Positions 15,955 to 21,507 of a stretch of DNA of 21,507 bases are shown here, piece by piece (the first letter of the stretch is position 1; each line of letters starts with the position of its first letter). Source of the DNA: a virus; the IMG/VR virus record IMGVR_UViG_3300033121_001702. One strand, written 5' to 3'. Under the pieces are notes generated by a model. It made no database searches. It had not been told where the DNA came from and worked only from the letters and a program-made list of their open reading frames with translations. The translations under genes were made by a program, and so were the position numbers.

Positions 15955-16143
15955 TTATTGAAGTTTGTTACTTTTATCGGGCATCATTATAGCTCCGATA
16001 AACGAAAAAGGTCCAAATATTAGACCAATGAGTCCCCACTTGAGTGTATTTTGTCTACACAGTTTGGCAATCCTGATAACAGGTAACGCGCAAACTATCC
16101 AAAACACAATCAAGAAGAAGTTAGCAGATCCAAAAAGAATCAT
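15955..16143 (-). CDS. small membrane protein (62 aa)
   Basis: Two hydrophobic helices; ATG overlaps the upstream TGA as ATGA. Confidence 0.4.
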   Translation of the reverse strand: MILFGSANFFLIVFWIVCALPVIRIAKLCRQNTLKWGLIGLIFGPFSFIGAIMMPDKSNKLQ

Positions 16144-16277
16144 GATTCTTCCCAGGTTCTCCAGCCCATATATCCGCCGATGGCAAGTCCTAAAATTCCT
16201 AGAACAGGATGTCCTAGTATTAATAGAATCAATCCAGCGCCAAATATAATAACTGGAAGGTTAAATTGTGGTTTCAT
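16140..16277 (-). CDS. small membrane protein (45 aa, below the ORF-track cut-off)
   Basis: MKPQFNLPVIIFGAGLILLILGHPVLGILGLAIGGYMGWRTWEES; stop overlaps the next start as ATGA. Confidence 0.3.
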   Translation of the reverse strand: MKPQFNLPVIIFGAGLILLILGHPVLGILGLAIGGYMGWRTWEES

Positions 16278-16301
16278 ATTATTTCCTTGAAATTTATTGT
16301 G

Positions 16302-16342
16302 TGCCGCGAGAGGGATTCGAACCCTACACTGGAGGGATTTTA
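16302..16342 (-). tRNA. 3' portion of an interrupted tRNA gene (anticodon stem 3' strand, variable loop, T-arm, acceptor 3' strand)
   Basis: Minus-strand read (taaaa)-TCCCT-ccagtg-TAGGG-TTCGAAT-CCCTC-TCGCGGC-A; pairs with the 5' portion at 17115-17148 (see findings). Confidence 0.4.
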
Positions 16343-16377
16343 CGTACTACTATTAGATTTCCTAATCCTGTATTGAA

Positions 16378-17034
16378 CTATACAGTTGTAGTCTGGACTA
16401 TTTCTTCACCTTGAATATTCTTATTTTTAGGTGTTCCGTGCATAGTCTCTGAAGCTTCCTCTTTATTAAGAGGCTCGCCTGCTGGTTGTACAATATCACT
16501 TATTTTTATAACATTCGCACTCGTTGTTGCCAACCATGCTGTAGTTAAGTGATCTCTAAGTGTTTTCCAGCAATTCTCGGAAATACTACTGTTCTTTTTC
16601 AAGTACAGCGACCTGTGATGTTGTAAATAGCGATGTAAAGAATTATGAGCACTAGTTGCTAAAATCCATAAATTCTCAGATTGGTTGTTTTGTGGATTTT
16701 CATCTACATGGTGCACAACATGATATTTTGGAATAGCAATTCCCAGTGACTTAACATAAGAGCGACCTACGGTCATCCCAGTTTTATCTCTGGGAACTTT
16801 ATTATAATCTTCAACAACTTTATATCGACACCCAATGTGTGCAACTTGATTTTTTCTCCAAGCTTTCATTGGTTGTTTACATACCGCACACTCACTCAGA
16901 CAATAGTGGTTGCCATATTTTTTAGTCCGTTGACGATTATATTCTTTTGCACACTCTTTGCATCTTTTTCGTTCTACAACACCTACTTTTCCACAATCAA
17001 TACATTTCTTTTCGGATAAAGGTATTTTTGACAT
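16378..17034 (-). CDS. HNH endonuclease (free-standing, or encoded in an intron-like insertion)
   Basis: CIDCGKVG...CKEC zinc motif and HNH motif HHVDENPQNNQSENLWILATSAHNSLH; start at ATG 17034 with SD GGAG (the ORF-track start at 17100 lies upstream of the promoter -10 box). Confidence 0.75.
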   Translation of the reverse strand: MSKIPLSEKKCIDCGKVGVVERKRCKECAKEYNRQRTKKYGNHYCLSECAVCKQPMKAWRKNQVAHIGCRYKVVEDYNKVPRDKTGMTVGRSYVKSLGIAIPKYHVVHHVDENPQNNQSENLWILATSAHNSLHRYLQHHRSLYLKKNSSISENCWKTLRDHLTTAWLATTSANVIKISDIVQPAGEPLNKEEASETMHGTPKNKNIQGEEIVQTTTV

Positions 17035-17065
17035 TTTAGCTCCAATCTTGTTTTCGTATACATAC

Positions 17066-17094
17066 AATATACAAAATTGGAAGGTACTTGTCAA
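17066..17094 (-). promoter_or_regulatory. sigma70-type promoter P4 driving the second HNH gene
   Basis: Minus-strand read TTGACAagtaccttccaattttgTATATTgtatg; -35 at 17089-17094, -10 at 17066-17071, spacer 17. Confidence 0.6.
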
Positions 17095-17114
17095 GTTCAT
17101 TTGTGGAAATGTTT

Positions 17115-17148
17115 AGTCCCTTGTCTCTACCAGTTGGACTACCGCAGC
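17115..17148 (-). tRNA. 5' portion of an interrupted tRNA gene (acceptor 5' strand, D-arm, anticodon stem 5' strand)
   Basis: Minus-strand read GCTGCGG-TA-GTC-CAACTGGTAGA-GAC-A-AGGGA-CT; GCTGCGG pairs 7/7 (2 GU) with TCGCGGC at 16303-16309, and AGGGA pairs 5/5 with TCCCT at 16333-16337. Confidence 0.4.
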
Positions 17149-17216
17149 ATTCTATTGAGACAACAAGTTTGATAAAATCTTATACCACGTTTTGATTGAT
17201 TTGTCTCGCAAATCAA

Positions 17217-17615
17217 TTAATCAGAAAAAGGTATATGTTTGGTTTGTTGCTGTAATTCTTCGGAACGCGTTACCGAAACAATTGCAGCGTCTTGTATGTG
17301 AAACCATTGAGTCAAACCCTCCATGGCTATAGTTAAATTAAACTCTTTACAAGAATAAAGATCACATGAAAAATAACACAGCTCTGGCCACGTATGAATA
17401 GTCATATGACTTTCGGCCCAGATCGCAGTGCCTGTAACTCCCGATTGTTGGTCACCCACGCTCGGAAATCCGTATATTATCGGATTTTGCATTAACGTCA
17501 TTCCCAGTTGAGACGTTATTGTGCGCATCACATTGTCTATATAATTTGTATTGACAAGTAAGTGTACAAAGGCTGGGTCAACCTTACAGTCAAGAATTAA
17601 GTGCATGCCGTGCAA
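17217..17615 (-). CDS. speH: S-adenosylmethionine decarboxylase proenzyme, pyruvoyl-dependent (SpeH/class 1 AdoMetDC-like)
   Basis: HLILDCKVD...GFPSVGDQQSGVTGTAIWAESHMTIHTWPELCYFSCDLYSC aligns with Bacillus/archaeal SpeH ([31 protein letters not shown]), including the ES|H serine that is processed to pyruvoyl. Confidence 0.8.
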   Translation of the reverse strand: MHGMHLILDCKVDPAFVHLLVNTNYIDNVMRTITSQLGMTLMQNPIIYGFPSVGDQQSGVTGTAIWAESHMTIHTWPELCYFSCDLYSCKEFNLTIAMEGLTQWFHIQDAAIVSVTRSEELQQQTKHIPFSD

Positions 17616-17631
17616 CTTAACATAAATCTCC

Positions 17632-17877
17632 TTAAGTTAATAATATTTCATTAATTAATTCTGGTTCAGTAGAATCAATTACTTGAATTTTTTGAATAGC
17701 GCTGTAGTTTAAACCAAGAATTTGATGATAGTCGTTTCCTAATACTTCAGTCCATTGACGTTTTAGTAACGTATTATCAAGTTTTTGTCTTAATCTCCAC
17801 TTTGCTTCTTCTATTGTCATACTTTCCGGTTTTTCAGAAAGTTCGAGCTCGATGGTTAAATTTATCGTGGCTTTCAT
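17632..17877 (-). CDS. hypothetical protein (81 aa)
   Basis: ORF track; start uncertain (overlaps the upstream gene by 44 nt). Confidence 0.4.
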   Translation of the reverse strand: MKATINLTIELELSEKPESMTIEEAKWRLRQKLDNTLLKRQWTEVLGNDYHQILGLNYSAIQKIQVIDSTEPELINEILLT

Positions 17878-18199
17878 TTACAAACTCTGGTTTTATTAGA
17901 ACACCTTGTTTCAATCCTTCTTCAACTAATGCAGTTAGTGAAGGAACCAATACATTTAATTTTTCATTATCTTTTATTAATTTAATAAATGTAGTTAAAA
18001 TGTAATATTCGAATTCTGGCATATGAGATTCAACAAGTTTTTTAACTATAGCTCCATAAGGCATAGCTAAAAGTTCTTCTTCAGTGTATTGTTTTTTATC
18101 TGGATTTAAACATCCTATGATATCACCTGTCACATTTTTAATTGTAGTCGGTAGTTGTTCTGGACTTATTGATTTTTCCCAAGATGTTTTATGATTCAT
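17834..18199 (-). CDS. hypothetical protein (121 aa)
   Basis: ORF track. Confidence 0.45.
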   Translation of the reverse strand: MNHKTSWEKSISPEQLPTTIKNVTGDIIGCLNPDKKQYTEEELLAMPYGAIVKKLVESHMPEFEYYILTTFIKLIKDNEKLNVLVPSLTALVEEGLKQGVLIKPEFVNESHDKFNHRARTF

Positions 18200-18450
18200 T
18201 TTTTTTTGTGTGGAATTATACTATACACATGAACATACATAATACCAGATACCGACTGACTAAACGCATGTGGATCAAATTCCAACTCAGTTCTTACTAT
18301 AGTTAAATAGTAATCTGCATCATTTCCTTTGATCTTTAATTTTGTATTATCGGGTATCCAAGTGTCAATTGTCATTGCACGATAAACTGGTGGTAATACT
18401 TTATCCAGATCTTGAATTCTGGTATCATAAGGTTCTAAATAAAACCTCAT
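18196..18450 (-). CDS. hypothetical protein (85 aa)
   Basis: Start moved to ATG 18450, which overlaps the upstream TGA as ATGA; the ORF-track N-terminus (to 18579) overlaps the membrane ORF in another frame. Confidence 0.45.
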   Translation of the reverse strand: MRFYLEPYDTRIQDLDKVLPPVYRAMTIDTWIPDNTKLKIKGNDADYYLTIVRTELEFDPHAFSQSVSGIMYVHVYSIIPHKKK

Positions 18451-18635
18451 TTGAAAAATCCTGTAATAACAGGCCAAATATGTGAACGCCAATACCAACC
18501 AATAGCCATTGCACCAGGTATCATTATTAGTAGATTGACCATTAATGGCAACGAGAACAAGGTTGTAAGGTAGCCCCATGAATAGCTTGTAGCTAACATC
18601 ACGAGAGTTGAGATTATTTCATTCAATATCTTCAT
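18447..18635 (-). CDS. small membrane protein (62 aa, two TM helices)
   Basis: Hydrophobic sequence ISTLVMLATSYSWGYLTTLFSLPLMVNLLIMIPGAMAIGWYW. Confidence 0.4.
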   Translation of the reverse strand: MKILNEIISTLVMLATSYSWGYLTTLFSLPLMVNLLIMIPGAMAIGWYWRSHIWPVITGFFK

Positions 18636-18787
18636 TTGTTAATTTGTCCAATAGTTTATAAAACCATTTTTTGAATTGTTTACGTTCGGATTTATTTAGA
18701 TGTCGATCTTTTTTAAAGCACCCATCACCATTAAAATCCCAACGCATTCCTTTTGGTCTTCGTTTTGTTGATTTTTTCATATTGTTG

Positions 18788-18862
18788 TACCCCAAGAGGG
18801 ATTCGAACCCCCGACCTGCGGTTTAGAAAACCGATGCTCTAATTCCGCTGAGCTACTGGGGC
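18788..18862 (-). tRNA. tRNA-Arg (anticodon UCU)
   Basis: Minus-strand read GCCCCAG-TA-GCTC-AGCGGAATTA-GAGC-A-TCGGT-TTTCTAA-ACCGC-AGGTC-GGGGG-TTCGAAT-CCCTC-TTGGGGT-A; only a 27:43 mismatch; T4-like phages commonly carry tRNA-Arg(UCU). Confidence 0.8.
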
Positions 18863-19154
18863 AGTTGGTTATTTAATACGATAAAATTATTTCTTTTTTA
18901 TGCCCACATTTGTGACACATATGTTCTTCAATAATTTTACTTTTTATAGCTTTTACATTGATTGCAATAAAGCTATGTTTTTGACATTTTTGTTCTTTAA
19001 GGTACTGCTCTAAACTCTTGTACAAATCCGAAAATCTAGGCATTTTTATTTAATCCTCATCCAAATTTCCAAGTAATAAGCAAACACATCCGAATAAGAA
19101 ATGTCCGCTTAAAAAACACAGTATGGCTACAATATACCAAAGATTCATATTTTT

Positions 19155-19580
19155 TTACCACAAAAATCTAACGTTTGTATAAACGCTTAGAATGGGTTTG
19201 ATTGTTGGTTCTATTATTTGCTCAAATATGCCATAATCATTGGCCAGCCCCGCACCAACTTTACTTATCAAGTAAATTTTATCAGGGTTGGATTCGATTT
19301 CTTGAATAAGTTTATCTAATTCAACTTTAAATAACCACGCGTATTCCCATGGTTCATAACATGCGTCTTCATTATGTTTTGGTGTGCGTTTAGTGATAAA
19401 CCCATATGTATTTGGTAAATGTCGAAGTTTTGCCGCTCCACCGGTACCTTTATGCCACGTATTATCACCAAAAACAAAAATTTCGTTTGGATGTTCTAAA
19501 AGATATTCTTCAGTTATCTCGTTTTGTACTTCTAATTTATCTTTGAGTACAAGAATTTTATCAATATTTTCTGGATTCAT
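19155..19580 (-). CDS. conserved hypothetical protein (IFVFGDNtwhkGTGGAAKL motif)
   Basis: Gly-rich motif after a hydrophobic beta-strand suggests a Rossmann-like nucleotide or ligand-binding fold; family not confidently recognised; 4-nt overlap with the PTH2 gene. Confidence 0.45.
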   Translation of the reverse strand: MNPENIDKILVLKDKLEVQNEITEEYLLEHPNEIFVFGDNTWHKGTGGAAKLRHLPNTYGFITKRTPKHNEDACYEPWEYAWLFKVELDKLIQEIESNPDKIYLISKVGAGLANDYGIFEQIIEPTIKPILSVYTNVRFLW

Positions 19581-19957
19581 AATAATTTTAACTCTCCAGT
19601 TATTTCATCTATTACTTCGGACCAATCTGGTCCCAGTGCCATACATGTAATTGTTGGTACACCGTTAAATTCAGTATCCCCTGAATCTGTAATAATCTTG
19701 CAGGGTACGTGTGAAGCATAAGCTTCATGTGCAAGTGCTAAAAGTTCGCCTTCAGAATCTACTGAAACACAAACTTTTTTAAAACTGTAACCAGATTCCG
19801 GATCCATCCATAATCGCATGGGTTCCGAAATCTGATTGCGTCTTTGAGCATCTAAAATTAAACCAAGACATGCGTGTGCTCCTTGTGCCACCATTTTACC
19901 TTTGCGCATATTTAGATCTTTGCGCATTACGATGACTTGTTTTATATCTCTTTTCAT
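19577..19957 (-). CDS. pth2: peptidyl-tRNA hydrolase, PTH2 family
   Basis: KQVIVMRKDLNMRKGKMVAQGAHACLGL matches PTH2 [26 protein letters not shown]; the C-terminal GVPTITCMALGPDWSEVIDEITGELKLL matches [26 protein letters not shown]. Confidence 0.8.
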   Translation of the reverse strand: MKRDIKQVIVMRKDLNMRKGKMVAQGAHACLGLILDAQRRNQISEPMRLWMDPESGYSFKKVCVSVDSEGELLALAHEAYASHVPCKIITDSGDTEFNGVPTITCMALGPDWSEVIDEITGELKLL

Positions 19958-21168
19958 GTTCGTAAATGTGGAAACAAAATAACTTCTTTAATGCTATCAA
20001 TATCGAACATTGTCATAAATAATCTATCAATACCGATACCCATGCCACCGGCTGGAGGCATACCGTATTTTAAAGCTTGTAAGAAATCTTCGTCTAACGG
20101 ATAATCGGTATTAACTTGATTCATAAACATTCGACGTTGTTCTTCGTAGTCATTTTGTTCTGAATATATATTTGCTAATTCAACACCTTTCCAGTAAAAT
20201 TGTGCTTTTTCTGCTAATCCTTTAACTCCATGTTCTTTTGCTAAAGGAACTAATTCTCGTGGATAATTTACCACACTACATAAATCTTGTAATGTGGATT
20301 GAACGTGTTGTTTAAAATAATCATCTTTTTCAGCTAATGGAATTTCTTTAGGTACTAAGTTATTATATTGATGAATTTTGTGCATCATAACAGCTTTACC
20401 TAAAAATTTCTTTGAAAGATGTGAAATTAATTCTTGAAACAAAACACTCATTGTACAATAATCAGCATATGCTTGATAAATTTCAATCATTGTAAATTCA
20501 GGATTGTGTGTTTTGTCCATACCTTCGTTGCGGAAATTTTTACCAATTTCAAATATTTTTTCAAACCCGCCTACTAAGAGACGCTTTAAATACAACTCTG
20601 GAGCAATACGTAAATACATATCTTGATTAAGTGAGTTATATTTCGTAATAAATGGTTTAGCAGTTGCTCCGCCATATACTGGTTGTAAAATTGGTGTTTC
20701 AACTTCCGTAAAATAATGTGTTTCGGTCAAATATTTACGAATTTCGTAAATAAAATCACTACGCAATCTAAAGATTTTATAGACTTCTGGATTAATTTGA
20801 AGATCTATATATCTTTGACGATATCGAGTTTCTTTGTCTGTAATTTGAAAATATTCCGCATCTTCAGTAGATTTCGGAAAAGGCATTGAAATTACTGGAA
20901 CATGTTGAATTTTAAATTTCAATACACGTAGAGATGGTTCCCCTGTCTTTGTTACAAACTCTTCGGCTTCATGAACGGAAATCAAATCTCCAACTTTCAA
21001 ATTAAGAAACTCATCAAAATTTTCGGTAACATCTTTCTTTGCATAAAGCTGAATAGCTTCTCCGTATGACATGATATGCACAAAAGATGATTTTCCCATT
21101 ACACGGACTGATTTTACACGTCCGTTATAATTGTATACTTTAGTAATTGAAGACTCGTTGGTGTCCAC
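19954..21168 (-). CDS. lysS: lysyl-tRNA synthetase, class II (LysRS), with a shortened N-terminal anticodon-binding domain
   Basis: RYRQRYIDL signature; motif 2 NFRNEGM; motif 3 GGMGIGIDRL; the core GGATAKPFITKYNSLNQDMYLRIAPELYLKRLLVGGFEKIFEIGKNFRNEGMDKTHNPEFTMIEIYQAYADY is nearly identical to E. coli LysS; 404 aa vs about 505. Confidence 0.9.
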   Translation of the reverse strand: MDTNESSITKVYNYNGRVKSVRVMGKSSFVHIMSYGEAIQLYAKKDVTENFDEFLNLKVGDLISVHEAEEFVTKTGEPSLRVLKFKIQHVPVISMPFPKSTEDAEYFQITDKETRYRQRYIDLQINPEVYKIFRLRSDFIYEIRKYLTETHYFTEVETPILQPVYGGATAKPFITKYNSLNQDMYLRIAPELYLKRLLVGGFEKIFEIGKNFRNEGMDKTHNPEFTMIEIYQAYADYCTMSVLFQELISHLSKKFLGKAVMMHKIHQYNNLVPKEIPLAEKDDYFKQHVQSTLQDLCSVVNYPRELVPLAKEHGVKGLAEKAQFYWKGVELANIYSEQNDYEEQRRMFMNQVNTDYPLDEDFLQALKYGMPPAGGMGIGIDRLFMTMFDIDSIKEVILFPHLRT

Positions 21169-21388
21169 TTTGTTCCTCCCAAGTCATAGAAAGATTATAC
21201 ACTTCTGTGACTTTTTGCATATTTTTGTAATCATACTTTTTGGCAATTTCGTGAACATTTTCTTGTTCTGAAACATATACTGGGTAATCTTCCCAAGAAA
21301 AAGTATCTGTTACTACGATCATATGGGTTGCTTTGTTATAAATTCCAGCTTCAAACCAAAGTTTCAATGTATTTGGAATCGTTGCCAT
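21140..21388 (-). CDS. hypothetical protein (82 aa)
   Basis: ORF track; overlaps the lysS start by 29 nt. Confidence 0.4.
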   Translation of the reverse strand: MATIPNTLKLWFEAGIYNKATHMIVVTDTFSWEDYPVYVSEQENVHEIAKKYDYKNMQKVTEVYNLSMTWEEQSGHQRVFNY

Positions 21389-21507
21389 TAGTATTTGTCC
21401 TGATTTGTGTAAGTGAATGGTAAAATTTCTGCATGAGGTTTAAACTGTAATACAGATTTACAGGATGGGCAAGTGTGAGTACAAAATCCTTTTTCTTTTT
21501 CTTCTTC
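21389..21507 (-). CDS. hypothetical protein, C-terminal fragment only (the gene starts beyond the window end); contains CTHTCPSC
   Basis: Open minus-strand frame from the window end down to the TAA at 21391-21389. Confidence 0.4.

Noticed and set aside
16343-17114. Canonical group I intron interpretation of the tRNA-interrupting insertion
   Set aside because: Not rejected outright, but only about 80 and about 35 nt of non-ORF sequence flank the HNH ORF, and I could not identify P3-P7 core pairings by eye; kept as a hypothesis, not a feature call
1-21507. CRISPR arrays, transposase/IS elements, integrase or attachment-site repeats
   Set aside because: Looked for regularly spaced direct repeats and for integrase/transposase-like ORFs and saw none; the only repeated elements are the promoter family and the tRNA-derived hairpins

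Overview
AT-rich (~33% GC) window with nearly every gene on the minus strand, many small hypothetical ORFs, free-standing HNH endonuclease genes, scattered tRNA genes and consensus sigma70-type promoters (TTGACA-N17-TATATT). This pattern suggests a segment of a large virulent dsDNA bacteriophage (T4-like or jumbo-like) of a Gram-negative host, but that is inference, not proof. Recognisable genes (all minus strand) are thioredoxin, an AAA ATPase, a divergent ThyX-like thymidylate synthase, two HNH endonucleases, a pyruvoyl-type S-adenosylmethionine decarboxylase (SpeH-like), a PTH2 peptidyl-tRNA hydrolase, a class II lysyl-tRNA synthetase and four convincing tRNAs (Tyr-GUA, Glu-UUC, Phe-GAA with encoded CCA, Arg-UCU). 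The standout is a cassette at 10.7-16.3 kb made of a tRNA-Phe, an 853-aa Major Vault Protein (MVP) homolog, a TerC-family membrane protein and a GC-rich (about 52% vs 33% background) TerY-like von Willebrand A protein, plus small membrane proteins. This looks like a vault-like or Ter-like module in a phage context. Other unusual items are a tRNA gene apparently split in its anticodon loop by a 772-bp insertion carrying an HNH endonuclease gene with its own promoter, and a ~1.6-kb ORF-free island of tRNA-derived and degenerate tRNA-like elements (including an acceptor/T-arm minihelix ending in CCA) under a strong promoter. There is also a 4-member family of near-identical promoters, two of which drive the HNH genes. 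All calls are by eye from the sequence and the ORF track; no database search was run.
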